A stretch of DNA of 64,000 nucleotides, taken from contig JBHGNT010000003.1 of the NCBI GenBank assembly GCA_043228905.1, positions 24,924,001-24,988,000 of the forward strand. The letters run 5' to 3'. Below are positions 1-12,042 of this stretch, piece by piece. Source of the stretch: Azolla caroliniana. Its lineage: Eukaryota; Plantae; Polypodiophyta. The position numbers and the translations under genes were made by a program. The first letter of the stretch is position 1. Each line of letters opens with the position of its first letter. The notes under the pieces are model-generated. The model did not search any database. It was not told where the DNA came from and worked only from the letters and a program-made list of their open reading frames with translations.

Positions 1-93
1 TGGGTGGAGTTCAGGCATTCATGCTAGTTCAAGAGAAATCAACACATGAACAAAATCCACTTGTTATTATTCATATGATTACCATTATTACAG

Positions 94-3000
94 GTACAAT
101 ACTGCATAACTGAACACAGACCCTGTTGTTTGACATGGTTTGGAGCAACTTCACCAGTCGAAGCTTCTTTTGGTAGTGTGAATTATGATCAATCCGGGGA
201 AATATCCAAGGTAACTAAAAGACATGTACTTTTGTCATTTGCTTTGTCTAGTTTTTCTAAGCAGACTTGATCATAATAATTAGATTGGATCCTTGAGGTG
301 GGGAGCCAACAACTGGAACCAGAACCACCCCTTGTGGGTAGAGTATATTGCAACAAGGCTCAACACCAGTTTCAATGATGAGCAAAGGAAGAGCTTGGTC
401 CTTTCCTGGGAAAACCTCATGGTTAAAAATCTTTCCCCATTGCATGCCAACAGAGATGGTACAAACTTTAGCGCAGGAGCTATCTTTGAAGATTATCAGG
501 TCCAGTTCACAATATGGGTATGTATTAGGATCAGTTAAAGGTAACAATTGCATGTAATGAATTGATCTGAAATAAATGTTTCTTAGGAGGTGCTGCCTAT
601 TCAAGAATATTTATTCTCATTGACTATCTAGTTCACTATAACTGCTGAGTCATTACAGTGCCGTGAGTTCAGATAACTTTTGAGAGGGATGAACTATGGA
701 CCTTGCAACAGTAAACAACCTTCAACATTCTGATAATCAATTAGAATTGGCCCTGTACATACATCTCAGTACATATTACAGTTTCCAATATACTGAGTAA
801 CAAAAAATGGTATATGTAGAAAGAATATCAAAACTCCTAGCCTAAGTACATTATTGAATTAGTTTTATGTACAATGAACATTATCCAATATCAGTTTAAG
901 AAAACATTGACATGTAGAGACAATATCAAAACTCCTTTTCCATGACTAAACGGAAGTAACAGAATAAAAAGATTTAACTTCGCATTTAAATGCCACGAAA
1001 CAGGAATCAACATACCCCATTCAGAAGCATCTTCATTCATAATTATGTTGGGTGATATGTAGCAGTACAAAATGTAATACAGACAACAAAATTGTTTTAG
1101 GTATCCTTTTCTTATCTTGTACGGATTATAAACTGAATATATAACCTGAATGTGAATATATATGCTAAAATAACACAGATCCAAAATGTCTTTTTAAACC
1201 AAATTTCAGTCAGTTCAAGGAAAGTTCCAAAAAACATGGAGTGAGATCTTATTGTTCAGAAATTCCAGGGTAATAAGAAAGCATTTCAGCATGTGTATTA
1301 TTAGATCAATTTTGATCCTGAAATTTTTGTTTTACGGATACACGAGCATGATTGCCATCTCCCAAGGTTTTTATACCTTCCACATCATACCAAATATGTG
1401 CATATATATTATGATCACAATTATTTGTGGCTTCAGGTTATCGATACTGTGTAAGACAGAGAGATAGAAATAAGAGTAAACGTGATATTAATGTCATCAA
1501 AGGGCCAAAACGCCCTATGAGACCAAAAGTTACATCCATTTGAAACTAACGGAGAGAGTGCATGTGGGTGTCGGTGTGCTTGCATGTACACAGAGGTCGA
1601 TAGAGGATGTACTACAAGATGCAAATAATGTTCCCATTTGGCAAATTATTTTGAGTGCTGGATTGGTATTTATTTACTCAGTCGCATGCTTCATCAACAT
1701 TCGTCATCGCATTCACTCACATGCATGGCTTGCCCTCATGGTAATAGAATATTTTCAATAACCCACTCTTGAAATTCTTATGAACTTCATTAGCTGAATT
1801 ACATAAAAATAAAATTTTGGAATTTTGATTATTAGGGAATTATTGTAGTCTTGTTCGCAATAATTGCGGGTTTCGGTCTAGTATCAGCTCTCGGCATAAA
1901 GCTCTCTCCTTTATCAGGATCAGTTGTACCATTCCTTGCTCTTGGTCTTGGTAAGTACTAAGCAGCTGCACTTAAAGCTTTTTAAACTTTGTTCTTATCA
2001 TTTATTTGGTATCACCTTTAATGCCATCAGTAATTTGCATTAAGATGACGTATTTGCCACTACCATATGCTCAAGCGAAGCTCTTTTTGGCTTGCTCTTT
2101 ACCCTCTGCATAATAAATGCAGTTGAATGTTGTAGAAAAATATCAATTTAACTTGGGCTGGGATCTATGAAAACTTTATTCATCAGAACCAACAATGTTT
2201 CCCTCCAGAATTCCTTTAGCATTTATTACATTTTAAAATCTTTGCATTCCTTTTGCACATCGTCATGGGTCATCTTAAAATGGCTTCATGGAAATCAATA
2301 TGAATCTACCGAAACAAACCTTACCGATTACTGCTCAGCATGATTCCATTTATAGCAGACATGAGTGATATCAATGTATGAACTCCATCGAGATCATGCA
2401 ATTTCTCTTTTATGATAGAAACAGAGGATGGAAACACTCAGCAATTTTCAGATGATCTACTTGATGTCAACTCATAAACAGACATCATTAAATGGGCAAA
2501 GCTGATGAGCCCTACATTTTGTTGCATCTAAAGTGTCATAATTGCTAGCTAAATATAAACTACATAACTAAGTTTGTTATGTCAATGTGTTGAATATTTC
2601 TACTTAGTATTCCAAGCTCAACATTTGTTACGCTAGTAATGATGTGTTCTAAAACAGGGATCGATGACGTATTTGTTTTGGTCAATATGTTGAGAATATA
2701 CATGGAAAAAAAGATGTATGCTTTGGATGCCCCCAGCTTGATAATACCAAAAGAGGAAATGAGATTAATTGTCGCCCATGCTGGACCTTCTGTGGTTCTA
2801 ACAACATTATCTGTCCTTGCATCATTTTTTATTTCATCTGTGGTAAGCCACATCTACACACTTATGCCTTTTCATTTTAGCACTTTATTGTATTCCTTCT
2901 AAACAAAAATCAACATAAAATAATAGAATTCCTCAGTGCTTGCATCACTTTAATCTTCAGAAACACAACTAAAAGTTTGGATATTCTAAACATTTGTATC

Positions 3001-6000
3001 ACTAAATGGTTATATAATGCAAAATAGACACCAATACCTGTAGTTCGATGGTTTTGTTGGCAAATGGGCATTACCGCTATGATCCATACATTTGGAATGC
3101 TGCTCATCTTTATCCCAATAATGTCATTGGATGCACGGCGCATGAAGGTGCTTTTCTGTGTATATCTTCTTGGCATCATGCTTGAATATTTTCTACTTTA
3201 GGTGTCTAAATCCTGATTGAAATATCTTGGCAGACTGGAATATCTGATCCTTTACTTTGGATGTTCTGTGGCATGAAAGGTAAACGATAGATAGATCATA
3301 TTTTTCAATGCTTTCCTGGTAAGTATTCAGTGCACCGAATTATTATCTGCAGCAGAACCAAAAGAGAACAATGAAATCGAACATATTCACGATGGATATT
3401 CAGCAAAAACTCCAATATCAGTTGCAGTTGTGAAGTACTATGCACCATTGTTCAAGTATAATAGTTTCAAAATTATCATGGTAAAAACTTTTCCTCTCAG
3501 AAGTAGGAATAACGTATATATAGACCAATATATTCTTGTTGTAGAATTCAGATCAGCAGCAGGGAACAACGGATATATAAACCAATCTATTCTTGTTGTA
3601 GAATTCAGATCAGGAATGTCTTAGCATTGATTTAACTTTCGAGAAACCATATTATTTTACTATTAATTTGCATACTATTATATCTTTGCAGACACTTCTT
3701 TTTGCAGCAATACTAGGCATATGTACCTATTTTGGATTTTGGAAAGTACAACATGGCTTAAATCTCTCAGACATCACTCTCAAAGGTAACCTTGCCACAT
3801 CACAGTAGGTCCCCAAAATGTAGATCTAGTGGTGAAGCTAAAATATCACTGACAAAGTCATAGTTGTGTAACGTGTTATGACATACAATATGCATATGTG
3901 TACCTTACAGTGTCCAACAGTATAGTGTATTTATGGTATATTAAGATTTATCTTCTATGCAAAGATTAATACAGTGAAAAGATATTTAAGTTTCAATAAC
4001 TTCTTCAAAATTGTAAAATTTAGAAAGTAAATATACATTTTAAAATGTTCAAAAAGCTACTATGATGTCTCTTAACTTTGGTCATAGTTATCATAATCGT
4101 TATGTGATGAGTTATCAGACATAACATCATCACTATCATATTCTTCCTTGGTGTATGTAGTAAATACAAAATCACCATCACTATCATATTGAGGATCTTT
4201 AACCTTTTCTTGTCCAACATTTGAAGTTCTTCATGTGGGTGTGCCTCTCGAATTTCTCAGCTACCAGAGTGAGAGACATCCTTAGATCAGTGTCCTCGAG
4301 CATTTTATAAGTTAGCCTATAATTTTTCTTCTTCTTCGCTTTTTGGCTTATTTAAAATTTTAAGTATCTTCCAGGTCAAGAACTCATCTACAGTAACCTG
4401 TCTTGGTTCCTCCATGTTTTACATGGGTTTCAATAAGCACATGTTGGAACGACATTACACTAACACTCCAGTTGATCAGTGCTAAATCTATTGCACATAT
4501 TTATAAGAAAATGCACTCCATTTTTTCTCACGTGCTATCATTGATCAATTTTGAGGAACCTTAATCCCACTTTTTGAAAATGTTCCCCAATTTTTGCAAG
4601 GCGTTCCTCTAATCTTGTAAGAGGTCCAACTTGTGTATTTTCCTAGGTCCCAAAACGGGAATTCTATCTAGGGAATGAACTTTGCAAAGAAAAACCCAAA
4701 CAAATTTATACTTAAGTTCCAAACATTTGGTAAAACCAAATAAACATGTGTTTTTCAAAAATATAGTTAGAATTGCACGTTTGAAGGTTAATGCGGAAAC
4801 ATAAATAAATCATGCTGCAGTTATGTCTCCATGCATACAGGGTCTTACCAGCATGATTATGCTAAGTTGACTGAGAGAAGCTATCCACAATATGATCTTG
4901 TAAGGGATATTCTTTGGAATTTCTGTTAAGGAAAGACATATGTACATTTCACAAAGGATGAGATTCCTGATTTTTCTGTCTTTAGTATCTTGTAACAGAA
5001 AATATTGAAGATTATGCAAGTGTTCAAACGAAGCTTCTGGATGTATATGATAGACCAGAAAATAATTTGTCTACATTCCTAGATTCTTCAAGCAAAGTAA
5101 GATTTCCATTTTATGTTAATAACATTATCTATTGTGAGATAATTGTGCTATTTAATGCGTGCAAGAAAGAAAGCATCTAGAAATCAATTGTACATTGTAG
5201 AGCTGCCTCTTTGAGTTTGGTAAGCATTTAAATTTTCCAAAAAACAAAAAACATGCTCATTTCTACGAAAACTAAAACAATTAAAAGTCTTATATCATTA
5301 CATCAAGAACCAACTTGAATGAGCAGGACACAGAAATAACAGGTAGACAGTCTATAACTGAGAATTAAGGCTGAGTCTGACCTCACATATCATTCTGCTA
5401 TTGATCTCTGTGTTCCCAAAAGAGTAAACATTTCCTAACCATATCTGAAAGTCCCTGATATAGAGGCAACACGTTTGCATTAATTTCATGCGAAGTTGTA
5501 ACAGCTAGCTTAAAATAAATTCTGTTCCATAGTTGTTAATTTGCAAAGCTTTTCTTTGCAGATATTGGATTATACATGGCTTCAAAACTTGTATGCATCC
5601 ACAAATTTGACTCTAAACATAGCATACCCATTCTCACCACAAAATTTCAGCAAGCTGGCACAATCATGGTCTACATCACCACTGGGTCAAGATCGTTTCC
5701 TTCCTTTCTCTTTTATAAACTCTTGGACCAAGTATTGTTGTACAATAATGTATATCAACTGTTTCCAAGTAAAGATGATTTCATATCTTGGTGTTTGTTA
5801 ACAGGAATATTCTCCCTCCAAGATCTTTATTGTGAAAATAGCTCTACAGGACAGCAAACAAGCTGCTTTGCTGAGCAAGAATCTGCAGATTGGAGTATAA
5901 CGGCTACAAAGACTGTGGTACACTTCCCTTTCAGTTTGTTGAAATTTGCTGCCATTGAAGAATGCATATCTATAATGCAATATCTAAATTTGGTTAGGTC

Positions 6001-8140
6001 AAACTAAGCCAGAATATTGGCATACTATCTAATCTTCATCCATTCTTAAAGAGTAGTTAATAACGATAAGCTCTTGCAAGGACTAGCATATAATCCTGCT
6101 TAGTATTTTTTTGCAAGTGGATAAAACTTGCCTCTTAAGGTGAATGAGTTATCATATGAAGTTTACATCGTATATGACATTATGAAAATACCTATCTTAT
6201 TTTCCAAAACATTTAATTTGAAGATTGTGTTAAAGACTACTTGCCCTGAATCTTGACCATAACAGGAAAAACCCATACAGACTTCAAAATATACTCCAAA
6301 AATTAATATCACTACATCATCACCATCATATATGATATTATTCATGTCATCTGCCAAAAATAACTGCATGCAAGACATGTATTCCAACCAAGCACAGAAC
6401 GTCAAGATTTTTTTCCTTTGTTCCAACCAAGAGCAGAGAGTCAAGATTTCTATCCTCATCACATTTGCAATCGTAACAATGACCAGTGTTCAGATGAACA
6501 GTTTCAATGTTCTAATGCTTTACTTTATGGTCAGGTTTTCACAACCAATTTGGGGTCTAGCACAAAAAACAACATCGAGATGATAAAACAAACTCGAAAA
6601 TCACTAGATGACATGAATACTGTATATTTCAATGGGACAAAAACTTTATACATGTATGGATATCCATTTCTCTTTTATGAACAGTACCTACACAGCTCTC
6701 ATGATCTTTACATGGTGGTCGGGTTTGCCCTAGGTATGCTCTTTCAACACTAAATATATGATCAGAGCTTTTGTTACAGTCATTTTACTTAATATTACAT
6801 GTAGATATATCCCATTAATAAACCATGTCGCACACATTTGCTTCCAGGTTCACAATCATCCTATCTAACCAGTTGTTTGTCTATGCACTCTTTGGGTTCC
6901 AAAGTGAAACTAATCTAAAGCCAAGAATTACAACCACGCCAATTAAAAGAACATGGCATTTAAAGACAATTAACAAAATGAGGGCAAAGATGCAACACAG
7001 AGAATTGAAGTATCACACATATTTCATACCTAATGAGTGTTTGTGTGTGCAGTGGGTGTTTTCTTTGCAGTTTTGATCTTCCAGTTTAGTTTTACTATAT
7101 CCTTCATTATTGCAATTCTTTTGCTGGTCGTGGACATTGAGGTGTATGGGTTTGTGTATATTTTAGGAGCAGAATTGAATGGTAAACGCAATTAATCCTT
7201 TGTATTAAACTAGAACCGTTCATGCCTTTTAGAATCTCTAATGCTTTTTACGTACATATTTTGTATCAGCATTGTCACTGGTCAACCTGGGCATAGTGGT
7301 GAGATTTTCTTCATTGAAAGCATTATGTCTCCGTTATGAATGAAAAAGAAGCTGATTGATGCACCTTTATGCAGATCGGTATGGCTTCGGAATTTACCTA
7401 CCTAGCAAGATCATTTCTATTATTTGATGGAACAAGAACTGAAAGAATACAAAAAGCACTGGCATGGACATTTGAACCTCTACTGCATGGTCTGGGAACC
7501 CAAGTCGTAGCCACACTACCACTCCTCTTACTCAAGTGAGTGTTTTATATACATTTTTTCTTGTTGCATTTTCTGAAATTTTAAGATTGATCCTCTAACA
7601 CCATGTGCCAAATTTTAATTGTTGTCATGATGTTTTGACATAAAACATGATCTAAAAATGTTGTGCAACATATAACTTACAGAGTTAAACGTCATTTATT
7701 TAGACCAAAAATCAATCATGTACAAATGAAAGACAAAATATGTAAGTTTTTCCAATTGATTGCACATAAAGTTGCCTGTAATAAAAGATATAAGGGGTGC
7801 CCATCTGCCATATTCCTATCTGAAGTTTTGAAGTTCAACTTGAACATCAACTTAGTCCAAACCTTTGTGGCCTCAATAAATTTATAAAAACAGTCTTACT
7901 TGGGACACTAACATACATTTTTTTTCTGTGTCTTATAGATTTCACGCATTTCGAGTGTATTATTTTGGGATGTTCACCATCATGGGGATACTTGGTTTTC
8001 TGAATGGATTTGTGATGTTGCCCATAATTCTCTCATGGATTGGACCCCCAACATTGAGACATATGGATGAGGGGACTGTTTTACAAAGCATAGAACCCCA
8101 GAAAAATGGTAGAAAAGAAGAAGAACAGTATTCTCTATGA
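94..8140 (+). CDS. Patched-like sterol-sensing-domain (SSD) RND-superfamily membrane protein; 5'-truncated by the window edge; 18 exons visible (about 770 codons)
   Basis: Manual GT-AG splicing gives one open frame of 2313 nt: 94-210, 284-517, 1594-1740, 1836-1950, 2658-2842, 3028-3147, 3234-3279, 3353-3480, 3692-3785, 4841-4899, 4986-5096, 5562-5685, 5805-5917, 6535-6733, 7053-7181, 7270-7298, 7375-7535, 7939-8140 (TGA). Motifs: SSD 'AGFGLVSALGIKLSPLSGSVVPFLALGLGIDDVFVLV', 'AGPSVVLTT...TPIPVVRWFCWQ', 'KYYAPLF', 'GLNLSDI', 'YGYPFLFYEQYL', 'IGMASEFT', 'GFLNGFVMLPIILSWIGPP'. Splice sites in the second luminal loop are less certain. Confidence 0.9.
1485..1535 (-). mobile_element. Very short 3'-end remnant of the LINE family seen at 12043-12975, inside a Patched-like intron
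   Basis: Minus strand TTTTGGTCTCATAGGGCGTTTTGGCCCTTTGATGACATTAATATC matches the LINE terminus at 12075-12118 and the repeats at 63431-63812. Confidence 0.55.
3511..3613. repeat. About 57-bp tandem duplication in an intron
   Basis: Two near-identical copies of ...ATATA(G/A)ACCAAT(A/C)TATTCTTGTTGTAGAATTCAGATCAG. Confidence 0.8.
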
Positions 8141-8758
8141 GCATATCCATGCATAATAGTTATCACAGTATTGTACATGCCTAACTGTCTCTCTTGTTTT
8201 CTATTATTTTATCAACTAATAAACAGTTGGTATTCATGCTAAGTCAAATAAAAATGCAATATTTTTGTAAAAAATTGATGGATGTTACCAATAGGAAGCC
8301 AAATTCTATCATTACAGTTTTAAATAAGATTTTTCCCTGTTGGATTTGCAATATATTAACAGTTTCCATCAAATATTATTAATAGTTTTCTTATGCCAGA
8401 TTGTTAGCCATAAAAGCCTTTACTCGACCTCAATCATACTTGGACAAAGAAATGTGAGCTCCATTGGAAGTCAGGATGGTCAATGGTTAATATAATTCTT
8501 GCAATATATTACATTTCTGTCTGTCCATATTCTTTTTGTTTTCCTCTCTCTTTTGCAGTAAATTACTAGTAATTTCCATCAATGTCAAACTGAAACTAGT
8601 AAAGCCGTACCCCATTCACTCATGACTCAACAAGGACCCAGTCAAAGTACGCCCATAGTACAGATTGTTAATATGGGTTTGTAAGATAGACCTCCGGCAA
8701 TGGTAATCCATTAGATGGACTCCAATATCGAATAGATTGATACACGATTCCCTCTAAT

Positions 8759-9294
8759 TGTGACACACACTCAAGCACCATGAACTACAACTAGTAATAT
8801 GAGGTAATCCAAACCCACGAACTTACACTAATATGGTGGTAGATACCATTTTAGCATTGAGATAACTAAGAAAAGAGAAACAAATCAAAACCTTCTTACA
8901 GCTAGTTAAAACATCAATTAAGCACAGAGAGAGAGAGAAGACGCAATTGAGTATGAGAGCAACACTTCCAAGTTAACTCTTAGCTTATACCTTACATGGT
9001 TAGAGAGTAAAAAGGAATTAGATATGCTAAGCTTAAGATTCTCTCCCAACAACAGAGATATTACAATAGCTTAGGGTGGGTTACCTTGACCAACAACCAT
9101 TTTGTAAGTGCTAAACATAAGGTTTATATATGTTAGAGGGGAGGCTGCTTACAATCATTGCCATGTGGCTCATAAATGGGTTTTACATTTAAACGGTGAC
9201 CACTTAAGGGCAAAAGTCACTAGTTATTTTTATTCTAGATATGCCCTAACTCTAATTCCACAAAATTTGACACTATGAACTATCAGATATCACA
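8759..9294 (-). mobile_element. Putative LTR (3' LTR of a degraded LTR retrotransposon)
   Basis: TGTGAC...ATCACA termini. On the minus strand a purine-rich GAGGGGCA (PPT-like) lies immediately before TGTGATATC at 9294. No partner LTR or TSD found. Confidence 0.3.
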
Positions 9295-11394
9295 TGCCCC
9301 TCAGCATAAGGCTAATCAAATGGCACATCCATGAGACAATGTCTCTGGAGTGAACCAACCTCCAATGTCCCAAAAAAGCAAACGTCCAACACCAATGTTT
9401 GTCCACCATATTTGGTCACTATATGGCGTATTTATTGTCAGTATGTATAGTTATCTGTTATTCGTTGGCAAAATCATTGGTCTAACTAACTCCCGCACCC
9501 ACTTTTGACCTCAATAGTAGAGCAAGTTCTGTTGGTCAGATGGTCATCACAATTTTCTGTCATTGTATGTGTGTCTTTCGGCCAACTTTGGTAAGTGTCA
9601 ACAGTATTGTTGGCATCAGTGCCATCATTGCTTATGTTCCCTTGTCAGGCTGGCAAGCACAGCAGCAGCTAGGCTGTGTTGGATGGCCAGGTCATTGCAG
9701 ATCCAGATTGTAGGTCAAGCCGTTGTGCAACCAGTCTTTGAGGCCTTTGAGTGGGTCAGATCCACCCAACCTAGTTCCCAAGGTCAACGCGCTACCTGAT
9801 TCTCCATCCAACCTACCAATCCGGTACACCAGTCATACTTAGCAGGACATCTGACCACACTACAACAGCTAGGTTCCTACTCCAAGAGCCCAGCCTTCGC
9901 CCCATCAGCCCCCCGCAGTGCAGGTTGGCCACTGGATGCAACAGACCTAACTGTTCTATGTACAACCTAATTACAAACCTACACTAACCCTAACCTTAAT
10001 CCAGCATTCTATATCAAAAGTTTCGCAAGGTTAGGGAAAGCTTTATAGGGAAGGGAAAAAGGTAGAAGGATAGAGAAGATCATTGAGGAAGAAGAACGAT
10101 GATTGAGACTCACTCACACTTTTAAGTGCATCACTCTCTTCCACTGAGTTAATTAATGGTTCATTAAGTTCTGTCAATGTTTAACTTGTTCCTTGTTACC
10201 TCACGATTAGTACTTGCTATCCAATACGTGTGTGTGTGTGTGTGTGCGCGCACATAAACACCACATTGAAACCAGTTACCATCATGCAATTACAAAGTCT
10301 GCCTCATTGAAGTTGAGATACTTAAGCTACACCAAGTGGCCACACTGTCAATCACAACTGGAGAAGCGCACTACTTTCAGAGACGCCCATCAAAATCCAT
10401 TATCAACATGTATAAGTCACTCATGGGGCATGATGGAGTTCTACTGTGGAGATCGAATAAAGACTTGTGTTTTCCAATAGCAATATTTCGAAGTTATGCA
10501 GTGGATTTAATGTTTTATGATAGATCTAAAAATCTACAACAATGTGCCATGTTCTTTCATAAATAAAAACCTCAAATTTTGTTTTGCTACATATAATTAA
10601 AAATGACTTCTACAATTTGTACGTGATGTAACTGTCAGAGTTGAGTTCCGAGTACACAGTCAAGAGAAGCTGTATTTCTAAAGATGGAACTTCATTATGG
10701 GCTTCATATCATGGTCCATATCATGCTGAAGTCATTATCGACTGAAGGAATAACAAAATTTCCATGCATTTTGTCAGAATCCCAAAACATACTTCCAAGA
10801 ATGTGTATATAGATCTCAAAATGTCAAAACACATCTGTGTAGGCATTTACCACGCATTTGATTTTAGTGTTTAGAAATAAATGCAGCTTTTGCAGCAGCG
10901 TCCACCTTCTCAGTCTTCACAGAGATATGTTGTACGCATGTGACGGAGATGCCAAAAAACTCCAAGTTATGAGGACATGTTATGATATAAATCCCCTTGT
11001 GAAGATATATTGTCGGTGTTTATGTAATGCCTTTTTCAATCAAATATAGTACTTACGCAAATATGTATGTTGTGTTTGCTTATCGAAAGCATTTGACTGT
11101 AATTTTTTAGGATACAAAGGGATTTTTGCGCACTGTTAGGCACACAATATCATTATTCTGGTAAATGTAGAGTTCAACAAAAATTCCATTTCCATATAAG
11201 ATAAAAAAAAAATCTTCACCTTCTATTATTTTCTTCTTCCCATTTTTCTTCCTTTGGTTTCTCTACTTTTTTTCTTTTATGGTTTTCTCTTCTTCTTCTC
11301 GTTTTTCTCTTCTTTTTCCTTGACTTATTTTCTTTCAGAATACAGCATATTACTCGTCCCACGAAGAAGAGAGCAGCAGGTCACTCTGTGGACT

Positions 11395-11590
11395 AAAAGA
11401 GAATCTATTCAAATCAAAAAAGAGTATATATGAAGTGATCAAAAAATTCTTTTTTTTTTGTCATCGTCAAAAAAGAGGATCTATGAAGTGCTCAAATCAT
11501 TCTTTTTCTTTGTCATTCATTATCCAAAAAGAGCACATATGAAGTGTTCAAATCCTTCTATTTCTTTGTCATTGTTAAAAAGAGTATGCG
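11395..11590. repeat. Degenerate tandem repeat of about 60-70 bp (3 copies)
   Basis: Recurrent AAAAAGAG..ATATGAAGTG(A/C/T)TCAAA..TTCTTTTT.TTTGTCAT. Confidence 0.65.
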
Positions 11591-12042
11591 TAGTGTTCGT
11601 GTTCATTTACCATTACAGTCAATAATGGGAGTGGATGCCCCCGGGGTGGGAGCAGAAGAAGGTGTCTTCATTCAACAGCCTTCTTCTTCAGAGTTTCTCT
11701 TTGAATCGTAAACCATATCTCTCTCAGACACACAAACACAAACACAAAAACCAAACAAACAAACATTCAAATTCATTTCCCTTGCTTATTACAGTGAACA
11801 GAAGAGGCGAGGCAAGTACCTGGGTGGAAGATGAGCGGTTTCTGTGCATTACATCTGCAGGCAGAAGAAGACCGCGTCATTTCCCATTGTTTTTTTCTCG
11901 GAAGCATCACTCTGTGTCTGTGTCTGTGTCTGTGTGTACCTATGTGTCCATAGCCTTTCTTTTTTTCTTGGAATGGTTGTGTCCGAAGAACCCATGCATT
12001 GGCCATGTGACCAACTGATCGATTGATTGACCGACCGACCCA

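Noticed and set aside
94-8140. Calling the SSD gene a standard plant NPC1
   Set aside because: Diagnostic motifs (GIDD, GYPFLF, LNG) match Patched rather than NPC1 (GVDN, YSVFY, HG). Final placement still needs a phylogeny.
11354-11395. Minus-strand 'FSPQSDLLLSSSWD' resembling the BUB3/RAE1 WD40 start
   Set aside because: No phase-compatible upstream exon and no other WD40 exons found nearby; probably chance
11635-11661. 'MPPGWEQKK' resembling a WW domain start
   Set aside because: The rest of the WW motif (aromatic triplet, second Trp-x-x-Pro) cannot be assembled
11611-11716. Minus-strand frame MVYDSKRNSEEEGC*MKTP... with in-frame TGA (selenocysteine or readthrough?)
   Set aside because: No selenoprotein-like fold or SECIS evident, and land plants lack Sec machinery
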